Below are positions 26,066 to 34,953 of a DNA stretch of 46,303 bases, in pieces; positions within the stretch are counted from its first letter, which is position 1, and each line of letters starts with the position of its first letter. Location: positions 1 to 46,303 of IMG/VR virus record IMGVR_UViG_3300016666_000387; one strand, 5' to 3'. The stretch comes from a virus. Taxonomy: Duplodnaviria; Caudoviricetes. Made by a program: the position numbers and the translations under genes. The notes below the pieces were generated by a model. That model saw nothing but the letters and a program-made list of their open reading frames with translations. It was not told the origin of the DNA and did no database searches.

Positions 26066-28396
26066 CTATTTTGAATAACGCGACTGGCGCCAACCACCCG
26101 CCGCTTTGATCGGCCAGCCTGCCGCCCACGCGGGCATTGTGGCCATGATGCGCTCGAACTCTTGCACCGAGCCGAGCCCTTTTTTCACCTGCGCAACGAT
26201 CTCATCGTAGACATGCAGCACGACCTCGTAGGCCGTCCCGCGCATGTTGACCATGGCATGGCGCAGGATGTCGCGCGCCACAGCCTGGACGATGTTCTCG
26301 ACCAGCCGGCCGCCCCAGGTGTCCATGCGAATCCAGCCGACCGGGCCATTTTTCGGGTTGGTGTTGTTGCCCTCATAGGAGATGGCCAGCGTGCCCGGCT
26401 TCTTGCTCGACGGGCGCAGACGCGGCTTGTGATAGTGCAGGTACCGGCCCGACAACAGCTTGAGGAAAAGGATGTCGCCGCGGTACGTAAATTCAAAGCC
26501 GCGAAATTCATACGTCGCGCCGGGATTTTGCACGGCCGCGATAAACATGCCCTCGACGCCGAACAGGCATGCGCGCTCTTCGCCCCAGCGCCCACGCTGC
26601 TGCCCGCCCCAAAACTCCACGATGGCCGGCGACGCCGCGCGCCAGGCCAAGATTGCCTTTTTCATCTCCGGTTCGTTCATGAACTCGTCGGCGCCGAAGG
26701 CAATCCACGAGCCGATCCAGCCCTGGTACCCGGAAGCGAGCTCCGACACTTTGCCGATCTTCTTGCGCATCGGGTGGTGGCTACCCTTGACGGCCGGCTT
26801 GCGCAGGTACCAGTCGGGCTTGGCCAGCTCGGCATCGGTATAGCCGGCGTGGCGCATGAACTCCTCGAACGGAATGCCCGTGATTTTGGCCGCGCCTGCT
26901 TCGTAGATCTTACCGTGGGTGCGGAAGACGTCGATGCGCCATTGCTCACCGGAGATCATGGCTAGCACGACCGCCTCGATTGAGGAGTAGTCGGAACAGA
27001 CCAGATCGTACCCCTCGGGCGCGATGAACAGGCCGCGCAGGCACCCGCTGATGGCCGCCATGGCGTCGCCGAAGAAATACTCCAGCAGATCCAGCGACCG
27101 GGCCCCGATGATGATCAGCACGTCGGCGGCCGCTTCCGCGCACCATTCGGGAATAGGCTGCTTGCCAGGCGGCTGCGGCATGGCGCACCATGGGCAAACC
27201 GTGTGCGCCATGCCGAAGTGCTTGCCGCAGCCGCATTGCTTGACCGGCGGCCCGCTGTTGGGCAGATTGGTAGGCTGCGGCCCGCTGCCCGTGGCGCGGC
27301 CCGTGCGCGCGCCGTAGTAGAGAAACAGGTCATGCAGGCGCCCGGCGGCCGTGACCTGATTGGCCATGGCGAATACCTTCTTGACCGCAGCTGAGCCGAT
27401 CGCCTGGCGGATCTCCAGCGGGCGCCGCGCCCACGCGGGCAGGGCCGGCCGCGCCAGCGCCTCGGTAATGTGGTCGTCGTCCAGGCTATCGAAGTACAGG
27501 CCGTACTTGCCGAACCAAACTACCAGCTTGGCCAGCTCGGATGCGCGCTGCACCTCGCCATGCGTAATGCCCGCCAACTCGGCGTTGTAACGCGTGTGCG
27601 CTTCATTGATGATGGCGATGCAATTATTGATGTTCGGCACGTCGACGGCCACGCCGCGGTGGTTGCACTCCTGGTCCGCGAACCAGAATTGCAGCTCCTC
27701 GCCTTCCAGGTCCGGGATGCGGCTGGACGCCTCGGCCTCGGCCACGATGTCGCGCTCGTTGTATGCGTATAACAGCGGGCCATCTACTGGATCTTCTTCG
27801 GGGCGAATGCGCGTGCGCTGGTCCTTCGCCGTCGGCTTGCGCGGCATGGCGAACTTTTTCAGCAGGCGATCGCCGTCGGGGTTCTTCTTGTTCTGCAGGT
27901 CCAGCACAATGCCAGCCTTGTCTAAGCCGCCCGGCAGGCAGTACGCGCGGCCCTTGGCCATGGCGCACCGATACTGCTCTTGGGCGATCTCGGGCCAGCC
28001 GAACTTGGGAACGCAAATCTTTTCCCAAATCCAGCGCTCGAAGCCCACATTCCAGGCCTCGACGCGGCCGCCGGCGCGGATGTACGCGAGCAGCGGCTCG
28101 GGGTTGGGCATGCCGGGGCGCCAGAATACGCGGCCGGCGCCGTCCTTGAGGTCGTAGTAGAACGAGGTAATTTCAGTGCTCGGGTGCTCGGCATAGCGCG
28201 CGGCGCCAACGATGCCCAAGCCCTTCTTGGCCGCTCCCGGCAGCGCACCCCAGCCGTCAGCCGTGCGCACGTACCCGGCTTCGCTGTAGCACTCGAAGTC
28301 CATGTCGGGCAGCACCTCGGCGCGGCCCATGCCGGCGTACAGTTGCGTGCCGCGCGGGAGGTGCTCCAGGGCTGGCGGTGGCGGGATTATTTGCAT
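26066..28396 (-). CDS. DNA polymerase, family A (with 3'-5' exonuclease)
   Basis: DFECYSE exo I; DYSSIEAVV motif A; RKKIGKVSELASGY motif B; ENIVQAVARD; HVYDE motif C. Confidence 0.93.
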   Translation of the reverse strand: MQIIPPPPALEHLPRGTQLYAGMGRAEVLPDMDFECYSEAGYVRTADGWGALPGAAKKGLGIVGAARYAEHPSTEITSFYYDLKDGAGRVFWRPGMPNPEPLLAYIRAGGRVEAWNVGFERWIWEKICVPKFGWPEIAQEQYRCAMAKGRAYCLPGGLDKAGIVLDLQNKKNPDGDRLLKKFAMPRKPTAKDQRTRIRPEEDPVDGPLLYAYNERDIVAEAEASSRIPDLEGEELQFWFADQECNHRGVAVDVPNINNCIAIINEAHTRYNAELAGITHGEVQRASELAKLVVWFGKYGLYFDSLDDDHITEALARPALPAWARRPLEIRQAIGSAAVKKVFAMANQVTAAGRLHDLFLYYGARTGRATGSGPQPTNLPNSGPPVKQCGCGKHFGMAHTVCPWCAMPQPPGKQPIPEWCAEAAADVLIIIGARSLDLLEYFFGDAMAAISGCLRGLFIAPEGYDLVCSDYSSIEAVVLAMISGEQWRIDVFRTHGKIYEAGAAKITGIPFEEFMRHAGYTDAELAKPDWYLRKPAVKGSHHPMRKKIGKVSELASGYQGWIGSWIAFGADEFMNEPEMKKAILAWRAASPAIVEFWGGQQRGRWGEERACLFGVEGMFIAAVQNPGATYEFRGFEFTYRGDILFLKLLSGRYLHYHKPRLRPSSKKPGTLAISYEGNNTNPKNGPVGWIRMDTWGGRLVENIVQAVARDILRHAMVNMRGTAYEVVLHVYDEIVAQVKKGLGSVQEFERIMATMPAWAAGWPIKAAGGWRQSRYSK

Positions 28397-28566
28397 GGTG
28401 CGAGAATGCCTTTTGCGACGGCCGCATCAAGAACATCTTGAAAGCCTGGAAGTATGGCGGTCGAATACGAACATTTCGGTTGTGCGAAGGGGAAGCCAAT
28501 ACTATCTAGGCTTTCAATCACGGCTTGGTGAAACGCCGCCTCCAAGGTTCTGATTTGAGTATCCAT
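28387..28566 (-). CDS. 59-aa hypothetical protein (not in the ORF track)
   Basis: MDTQIRTLEAAFHQAVIESLDSIGFPFAQPKCSYSTAILPGFQDVLDAAVAKGILAPCK*; fills the gap and overlaps the polymerase start. Confidence 0.55.
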   Translation of the reverse strand: MDTQIRTLEAAFHQAVIESLDSIGFPFAQPKCSYSTAILPGFQDVLDAAVAKGILAPCK

Positions 28567-28575
28567 TCTGCTCTC

Positions 28576-28603
28576 GAAGAAATGCCCCGGCCGAAGCCAG
28601 GGC
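28576..28603 (-). terminator. Intrinsic terminator after the SSB-like gene
   Basis: Minus strand GCCCTGGC-TTCG-GCCGGGGC followed by ATTTCTTC. Confidence 0.7.
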
Positions 28604-28610
28604 GTGGTTA

Positions 28611-29729
28611 TCAGGCCAGCATCATGCCGTGCTGGACCAGCGTTGCGTCCGTCCAGCCACCAGCGATCATTGCCTCGTAGGTGGCGCCGCCGGCGGCAGC
28701 GGTCATCTGGCGCGCAGCTGGTGCTGGCGGAGGTGGCGCTACGGCAGGAGGCGGCGGCACTGGCGCGCCGGGGATGGCCAGAATAGCCGGGTTAGGCACG
28801 ACAGGCGCAGTCAGCGCAGGGCCGGGTGGCGGAGGCGCAGAACCAGCGGGCAGCAAAGGGGCCGGTACCGCAGCCATCAAATAGCCGTGCTCGGTCAGCA
28901 AGGCATCCGTCCAGCCACCCACGCGCATGGCGGCCAGGTCAACCGCTTTGCCCTTCTCGGTAGGCTGTGGGCCAGCTGGGACCGGGGCGGGCAGTGGTGG
29001 CGGAGGAGCCAACGCGGCAACTGGAGGGGGCGGAGCGATCGGTGCGCCGGGGACTGGCGGCGGAGGCGGCGCGGCTGGGTTGAACGCAGCAGCCACGGGG
29101 GCGGCGCTGGCGCCGGGCGGCAGCTGGACGCCCTGGCCGAAACCCGCCTCGCCAACGCTCGGGCCGTAACTGATCTCCGGGCCGTAGGCCGCCAACGCGA
29201 GGCGGAAATGGTTCCAGTACAAGCCGGGCGACTGCTCGGAATTGTTCGGCGCCACATTGCCCTGTACCTGGACAAAGAAGCCATTTTTGACCGCGCCAGC
29301 CTCCAGAATTTGGGCCGTGCCGTCGGAATTCCACACCGTGGGCGCCGTGCCGGACGAGAACCAGACGACCCAATGACCTGGGTAACCTTCGTTGTCGCAA
29401 GGGCGCTTCAAGCTCTTATTGGGCACGGTGCTGTCGCCGTCGATGACTTTCCAGGCGAAGGACGCGATTTGCGCCTGGCCTTGCGGGTAGGCGGAATGGC
29501 CGAAAGCCCAGACTGGCGCGAAGAAAGGGTGCTGCGACCAATGCGTTTGGCCGGCCACTTTGGGGACGGCGATTGCGAAGTCATACGAAACGCGCGGTTG
29601 GCCGGCGTTCGGGCCAGTCTTGACAACCAACGGCTTGCCTTCGTGATCCGTCGTCTTCGGCTCGTAAATCGAACCGCCGACCAGACGGCTCACCGGCGTC
29701 GTAAAGTCAAGCTTTTGTGCTTTTGCCAT
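28611..29729 (-). CDS. ssDNA-binding-like protein (DUF2815 position) with Pro-rich linker and duplicated C-terminal module
   Basis: FAWKVIDGD, EGYPGHWV and SPGLYWN motifs; located between the DUF2800 nuclease and the polymerase. Confidence 0.7.
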   Translation of the reverse strand: MAKAQKLDFTTPVSRLVGGSIYEPKTTDHEGKPLVVKTGPNAGQPRVSYDFAIAVPKVAGQTHWSQHPFFAPVWAFGHSAYPQGQAQIASFAWKVIDGDSTVPNKSLKRPCDNEGYPGHWVVWFSSGTAPTVWNSDGTAQILEAGAVKNGFFVQVQGNVAPNNSEQSPGLYWNHFRLALAAYGPEISYGPSVGEAGFGQGVQLPPGASAAPVAAAFNPAAPPPPPVPGAPIAPPPPVAALAPPPPLPAPVPAGPQPTEKGKAVDLAAMRVGGWTDALLTEHGYLMAAVPAPLLPAGSAPPPPGPALTAPVVPNPAILAIPGAPVPPPPAVAPPPPAPAARQMTAAAGGATYEAMIAGGWTDATLVQHGMMLA

Positions 29730-29769
29730 GATGTGAAACTCCTATTCGTTAAATGAGTGGTACGTGTTG

Positions 29770-29799
29770 ATATTAATCAGTATTGACGGGGCCGTCAAT
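29770..29799 (-). promoter_or_regulatory. Promoter (family B) with ATTGACG-N4-CGTCAAT operator over the -35
   Basis: TTGACG-17bp-TAATAT; palindrome at 29782-29799. Confidence 0.8.
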
Positions 29800-29801
29800 A
29801 T

Positions 29802-30926
29802 CTATTTCCCAAAAACACGACGCGCGGTACTCCCGTCGTCACGCTCCAGCGCCAGGCCCCGCGAAGGCTTGCCCGCGTATTGCGCAATTACTTCCTCCGG
29901 CATGCCCTTCTTGCGTGCCTGCCCCGGCGTGATCGCCGCCGGCTTGGCCAGGTCGATGCCGAACAGCGTGCCCAGCTGCAGCAATTCCGCCAGCGGCTTG
30001 TCTTCCCGCCACGCCTCACGCCCGGACGTCGGCACCATCGCCCAGCCCGGCACCTGCGCGCCGCTCTTGAACAACGCCACTGCCTGCGCCTTGAGCCCGC
30101 TGATGCGCGCCGCCAGCGCCGCCTCGGCCGCCTCCAGCGTGCGCAGCTCCAGCCCGACCGCCTGCGCTGACAGCACCAGCGGCGTACTCGCCTTCGAGAG
30201 CGTGACGGCCTGATACGCGCCGTGCTGCGCCGCTTCGCAGGCGTGGCGGCCCTCGCAGTACTTGCATTCCGGGTTCGGCGTGCACTTGGCGCCCGGCTCC
30301 ATGGCGCGCTCGGCGGCCATCGTCAAAATATTGATCTGCGCGCGCAAGTCGCACAAGCGCGTCGTCCAGTCGCGCACGGGGCCGTCACGGTGGAAGGAGC
30401 GCGGCTGCACAATCACCATCTTGACGGCGTTGGTCAAGTCGTCCAGCTGCAGCTCGTCGGCCACGCCGGCCACGTAGTCGATGAGCTGCCAGTTCTCAAA
30501 TACCTCGATCATGCGATGGCCGAATTTGAAATCGAACATAACCAGCACGCGCGCCACCGGGTCGTAAAACCAGCAATCGGGCGTGCCCCAGTTCTCCGGA
30601 TGCACGCGGCCAATATTGACCCGGCGCTCAACCACCAGCGCCGCGCGGGTGGTTGAGCGCCGCGCCAGCTCTGCGTCGATCTCATCCACGTAGGCCTGCG
30701 CGCCTTCGATCATTTCCTCGGTGAGAACGTGGCCGTTTGGCGCAACTTGGCCAAGGGCGACCGGGGACGCGTGCAGGATCTCAAACGCAGCCCAATGCGC
30801 CGCCGTGCCTTCGCGCGCCGCCTCGCCGTCCTCCTCTTGGGGGAACAACGCCGCCAGCGCCACGCTGCCCGCGCACGCTACCCAGCGCGCGGCGGCCGAC
30901 GGGGCCAGAATAGCGTGCGCGCTCAT
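29802..30926 (-). CDS. DUF2800 (Cas4-like PD-(D/E)xK) exonuclease
   Basis: HAILAPSAAARWVACAGS, EGTAAH, WGTPD, DFKFG, NWQL..Y, IVQPR and CKYC motifs. Confidence 0.9.
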   Translation of the reverse strand: MSAHAILAPSAAARWVACAGSVALAALFPQEEDGEAAREGTAAHWAAFEILHASPVALGQVAPNGHVLTEEMIEGAQAYVDEIDAELARRSTTRAALVVERRVNIGRVHPENWGTPDCWFYDPVARVLVMFDFKFGHRMIEVFENWQLIDYVAGVADELQLDDLTNAVKMVIVQPRSFHRDGPVRDWTTRLCDLRAQINILTMAAERAMEPGAKCTPNPECKYCEGRHACEAAQHGAYQAVTLSKASTPLVLSAQAVGLELRTLEAAEAALAARISGLKAQAVALFKSGAQVPGWAMVPTSGREAWREDKPLAELLQLGTLFGIDLAKPAAITPGQARKKGMPEEVIAQYAGKPSRGLALERDDGSTARRVFGK

Positions 30927-31855
30927 TACGCCAGGCCCAATGCGACGGCAACCGGGGCGACCAGGTGCGGATGCGCCATCAAGCCGGGCAGCGTGGCCAC
31001 GCCGTGGGCGCTCAGGACCGCCAGTACTTTGGCCTGGTCGATTGTCTTCGCCGTTAAGGCCGCCGTTACTTTCGGGATCAGTTCCTGGAAGCTAATAACC
31101 GGTTGGGCACCACTCGGGGCCGCCGGCGTGGTGCTGGCCGCAACGGGAACAGGCGGTACAGGGGGTTGGGAAGGGACAGGCGGCACGGCAGGAACCGGGG
31201 AAGGCGCAGGACTGCCGATGCCCAACTCCCCCGCCGTCTTTAAGTTGGCGAATGGATTTGGGGCCGCAACGCCGAGAATAGCGCGATGCTCCGCTTGCAC
31301 AGCAGCGACCAGGCCGGCGTCCACGCCGCGCTTGGCCTTCCATTTGCCATCGCCCTTGTTAATCGCCTTGCTCTCGACGTGGATACGGTGGTCCCACGGC
31401 AAACCGTCAGCGTCCAGCGGCTGGGCCGTGCCAGGGGCAGGGATCGGGGCACCAGGCGGCGGAGCAATGCTGGCGGCCGACGGCGGCGCGGGCACGATAG
31501 GCTGCGGCGTTGGCGGCGTCGCGCTCGGCACAGCGGCGCCAGAATTCACTGGCACTGCCCCGTTTGGGAGCGGCTCCTTGCCGAACACATCGGATGCGGC
31601 GGCCAGGCCCGTGCTGGGCAAGTCTTCCTCGGCGATGCGCTCGGTGGGGACATTGACTTGAACGCCGGTTGACAGCGTGTGCGTGCGCGGACGGCCATCG
31701 GCAGCGATCAAATCCTTCACGACGCCCGACAAGTCAACATCTTGGCGCAGGGTAACTACCGTGGGGCCTGCGTCTTCGCCCAGGATGCTGCGCGCCAGCG
31801 CCATCATCAATTGAGCGTCTGCGGGGCCAGGATTTTCAATTTCGATACGGATCAT
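30926..31855 (-). CDS. Pro-rich hypothetical protein of the replication module
   Basis: MIRIEIEN...; LDADGLPWDHRIH..SK....GKWKAKRGVD core flanked by Pro-rich linkers. Confidence 0.8.
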   Translation of the reverse strand: MIRIEIENPGPADAQLMMALARSILGEDAGPTVVTLRQDVDLSGVVKDLIAADGRPRTHTLSTGVQVNVPTERIAEEDLPSTGLAAASDVFGKEPLPNGAVPVNSGAAVPSATPPTPQPIVPAPPSAASIAPPPGAPIPAPGTAQPLDADGLPWDHRIHVESKAINKGDGKWKAKRGVDAGLVAAVQAEHRAILGVAAPNPFANLKTAGELGIGSPAPSPVPAVPPVPSQPPVPPVPVAASTTPAAPSGAQPVISFQELIPKVTAALTAKTIDQAKVLAVLSAHGVATLPGLMAHPHLVAPVAVALGLA

Positions 31856-31882
31856 GATTTTCTTTCGTTGAGGGTTATAAAC

Positions 31883-31927
31883 ATTGACACGCATCAATGC
31901 TAACGGTAAATTGACGAACTCGTCAAT
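31883..31927. promoter_or_regulatory. Overlapping divergent promoters with two family-B operators
   Basis: Plus strand TTGACA(31884)-17-TAAATT; minus strand TTGACG(31926)-18-TAGCAT; palindromes at 31883-31898 and 31910-31927. Confidence 0.8.
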
Positions 31928-31947
31928 AACTTTACGGAACTTATTTT

Positions 31948-33684
31948 ATGACTGCTGTGAAACTCCGACCGTACCAGCAGGCGCTGGACCGCGACACGAA
32001 TGCGGCTTTCGCTTCCGGCTTGGTCGACGTCGGCGTCAATTCCCCGACCGGCAGCGGCAAGACCGTCTTTTTCTCGCACAAGATCAAGGAATTCAACGGC
32101 GCCAGCGTGGCTATCGCCCACCGCCAGGAGCTCGTTTCGCAGATCAGCGTGGCGCTGGCGCGCAACAATGTGCGGCATCGGATTATCGGCCAAGAGAAGC
32201 TGGTTTCCAATATCAATTCTCTGCACATGGCCGAGCTGGGCCGCTCCTTCTACGACGCCAATGCGCGCTGCGCGGCGGCAGGCATTGACACGCTGATCCG
32301 CCTCAAGCCGCACGCTCGCGCCTGGTGCGCGCAAATCGGCCAGGTCGTCATGGACGAAGCGCACCATTGCCTGCGCGAGAACAAGTGGGGTAAAGGACGC
32401 CTCATGTTCCCCCAGGCGCGCGGGCTGCACGTGTCGGCCACATGGCTGCGCGCGGACGGGCAGGGTCTGGGCCGGCAAGCGGACGGCTTCGTGGACGCCT
32501 TGGTCAACGCGCCGACCATGCGTGAGCTCATCAACGCCGGGTACTTGACCGATTACAAGGTTGTCAGCGTCAACACCAAGGACCTGGACCTGTCGAAGGT
32601 GACGATCAGCAGCGCCACGGGCGACCTCAACGCCGCCCAGCTGCGCGAGGCCGTCCACAAGTCCAGCACGCTGGTGGGCGACGCGGTGCGCGAGTACCTG
32701 GAGCATGCCAAGGGCAAATTGGGCGTGACGTTCGCCGTCGACGTGGAAGAGGCGACTAAAATCGCCATGAAGTTCAACGAGATGGGCGTGCGCGCCGAGG
32801 TGGTCAGCGCCGACACGCCCGACCATCTGCGCCTGGACATCCTGCGCCGTTTCCGTCGGCGCGAGATCCTGCAGCTGGTCAATGTGGACTTGTTTGGCGA
32901 GGGCTTCGACCTGCCGGCCATCGAGGTCGTCAGCATGGCGCGCCCGACGGAGAGCTGGTCCCTGTACTGCCAGCAGTGGGGCCGCGTGCTGCGCCTGATG
33001 CTTGACCCGGCCCTGTACCCGATGTGGGACAGCTACAGCGACGCCGAGCGCCTGGCCTTCATCGCCGCCAGCGAGAAGCCGTTCGGCCTGATCATCGACC
33101 ACGTGGGCAACATTTATCGCCACATGGGGCCTCCGGACGCGCGCACCACGTTCTCGCTCGACCGGCGGGAGAAGCGCAGTACCGGGCCGTCGGACGCCAT
33201 CCCCTTGCGCCCGTGCGTCAATCCCAAGTGCGCCTGGCCCTACATGCGCGTGCTGGTCAAGTGCCCCAAGTGCGGCACGCCGGCGCCGCTGCCCGCGTTG
33301 CGCACCGGTCCGGAGATGGTCGATGGCAACCTGGTCCTGCTCACGCCCGAAGCGTTGGCCATCTTCGGCGCCGAGCGCGCGCGCATCGACCAAGCCCCCG
33401 AGGTGCACGGGCACGACATCGTGGCCATGTCAATTCGTAAACAGCACGCCGCGCGCGCCGAGGCCCAGCAGCTCCTGCGCTCGACCATGTGCTGGTGGTC
33501 CGGACTGCAGGACGCGCTGGGGCGACCCGACAACCAGGAGAAGCAAAGCCGATTCTATTTCGCGTTCGGCATCGACACGGCCAATGCGCAACTGCTCGGC
33601 GCCACCGAGGCGTTTGCCCTGCGCGGCAAGATATGCGAACAATTGTCGAGATACGGTATTGACGGACTCGTCAATATGTCCTAA
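31948..33684 (+). CDS. SF2 DEAH-box DNA helicase with C-terminal Zn ribbon
   Basis: LRPYQ, PTGSGKT, DEAHH, SAT, LFGEGFDLP, QQWGRVLR and C..PKC...CPKC motifs. Confidence 0.93.
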   Translation: MTAVKLRPYQQALDRDTNAAFASGLVDVGVNSPTGSGKTVFFSHKIKEFNGASVAIAHRQELVSQISVALARNNVRHRIIGQEKLVSNINSLHMAELGRSFYDANARCAAAGIDTLIRLKPHARAWCAQIGQVVMDEAHHCLRENKWGKGRLMFPQARGLHVSATWLRADGQGLGRQADGFVDALVNAPTMRELINAGYLTDYKVVSVNTKDLDLSKVTISSATGDLNAAQLREAVHKSSTLVGDAVREYLEHAKGKLGVTFAVDVEEATKIAMKFNEMGVRAEVVSADTPDHLRLDILRRFRRREILQLVNVDLFGEGFDLPAIEVVSMARPTESWSLYCQQWGRVLRLMLDPALYPMWDSYSDAERLAFIAASEKPFGLIIDHVGNIYRHMGPPDARTTFSLDRREKRSTGPSDAIPLRPCVNPKCAWPYMRVLVKCPKCGTPAPLPALRTGPEMVDGNLVLLTPEALAIFGAERARIDQAPEVHGHDIVAMSIRKQHAARAEAQQLLRSTMCWWSGLQDALGRPDNQEKQSRFYFAFGIDTANAQLLGATEAFALRGKICEQLSRYGIDGLVNMS

Positions 33685-33687
33685 CCT
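33658..33687 (+). promoter_or_regulatory. Promoter (family B) with operator, driving the accessory operon
   Basis: TTGACG-17bp-TAACCT; palindrome at 33658-33675; GAGGAGG RBS downstream. Confidence 0.8.
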
Positions 33688-33707
33688 GTAGTTTTTGAGG
33701 AGGAATC

Positions 33708-34040
33708 ATGTCAGATCAAGAAACAGCCATTCAGCTTATCCGCAATGAAGCGGCCGAGCTGATCGTCCGGGCCAAGGCTGCCGGGTTGAGCGTGCTCGTG
33801 TTCAATGGCCCGGACGGGGCGATTGTCGACGTCATGCCCCTGAAACCCGAGCCTCGTATCCGGGCTTTTGTCACGACCACGGCTCCGCGGGACCTTTTAG
33901 GGCCAGACGCCGCTGAGAAAATTTCGCCGTCGTTGCCCCAAGGTAATTTCTTTTTCTGCTCCAGCGACCGTGATGCGTTGAAACCCGAACTGGGCGACCG
34001 TCGTTTCTGGGCCTTTGATGCAACCAAGGAGCCAAAATGA
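33708..34040 (+). CDS. Hypothetical protein ending in a helicase sensor/Arg-finger-like segment
   Basis: GNFFFCSSDRDALKPELGDRRFWAF resembles GNFMFNSNHKDAIIKTRNDRRFAVL of the primase-helicase. Confidence 0.75.
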   Translation: MSDQETAIQLIRNEAAELIVRAKAAGLSVLVFNGPDGAIVDVMPLKPEPRIRAFVTTTAPRDLLGPDAAEKISPSLPQGNFFFCSSDRDALKPELGDRRFWAFDATKEPK

Positions 34041-34570
34041 TCATCTTCGCGCGCGCGCCGGGCACGACCGGCTGGGTCGAAATCAAGCCCGAAGAGGAAT
34101 TGAGCCACCGTGGCCAGTTCTGGGAAATCCGTAAATTCGCTGTCGAGTCCGACGATGCGCTGCCGCTGGCGCGCCGCCTGGACCGCGCGGAGCATGCCTT
34201 ACGGGCGGCTGGCTTTAAGTACCATGGGCCATCCGAGAAGTGGCTGGCCGCGAAAAAGCCGACCGATATCAGCGCTCGTCTGCGCGAATACGCTGACAAC
34301 AACGGCTACAGTCATAACGACTACGCCGACACGATGCGCGCCGCTGCCGACGAAATCGAACGTTACTACGGCGGCATGATGGCGTGGAAAGCGACTGTCG
34401 AAGCGGCAGCAGTCGTACCGGAGGGCTGGAAACTGGCCCCAATCGAACCGACCGACGCGATGGCATCCGCCGCCCTCGGGGTATCGCTGGACGATCGTTC
34501 CATAAACGGCGTAGCGCAATACCGCGCCATGCTAGCCACCGCTCCCGAAGCGCCAGGCGGTGCCGCATGA
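34037..34570 (+). CDS. Mosaic hypothetical protein (Ea/DUF551-like C-terminal motif)
   Basis: VPEGWKLAPIEPTDAM...YRAMLATAPE motif. Confidence 0.7.
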   Translation: MIIFARAPGTTGWVEIKPEEELSHRGQFWEIRKFAVESDDALPLARRLDRAEHALRAAGFKYHGPSEKWLAAKKPTDISARLREYADNNGYSHNDYADTMRAAADEIERYYGGMMAWKATVEAAAVVPEGWKLAPIEPTDAMASAALGVSLDDRSINGVAQYRAMLATAPEAPGGAA

Positions 34571-34953
34571 ATAACTTCGTAGCCGCCTGGCCCTCGAAAG
34601 CCAGCCAAGATACGCTCAACCTGCTGGGCGTGACTAAGCAAGTGCACCTGACAACCTTCTTTGACCGCTCGGGCCAGATGGAGCGCTGGGCGCCCTTCCC
34701 CTGGTCCGGACCGCAAACCGCCGTAATCGCCCGCGTGGTCGAGTGGCGCCCGGGCCTGGTCGTCGCGGAAATGGCCAATTGCGCCTGGTCCCAAGAAGCC
34801 AACGACCATTACACGAGGCAAGTGTTGCACGCCGACCTGCCACACAAGGCGCACGTCACGTTGGCAAAGCGCGTGGCGCCGGGAACGGCTGCGACGCTGC
34901 AGCACCTGGTTGGCGTGGTGCTGACATTTGATCGTCACGGGTTCGAGCTATGA
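34567..34953 (+). CDS. 2H phosphoesterase, Acb1 (anti-CBASS; T4 gp57B)-like
   Basis: Two HxT motifs (VHLTT, AHVTL), N-terminal FVAA and C-terminal LTFDR; 128 aa; ATGA-coupled on both sides. Confidence 0.72.
   Translation: MNNFVAAWPSKASQDTLNLLGVTKQVHLTTFFDRSGQMERWAPFPWSGPQTAVIARVVEWRPGLVVAEMANCAWSQEANDHYTRQVLHADLPHKAHVTLAKRVAPGTAATLQHLVGVVLTFDRHGFEL

Noticed and set aside
28397-28575. Possible tRNA or ncRNA in the gap between the SSB-like gene and the polymerase
   Set aside because: No cloverleaf or T-loop recognisable; a 59-codon ORF fills the gap
29802-30926. Cas4-like nuclease as part of a CRISPR system
   Set aside because: No repeat-spacer array or other cas genes; standard DUF2800-SSB-polA phage module
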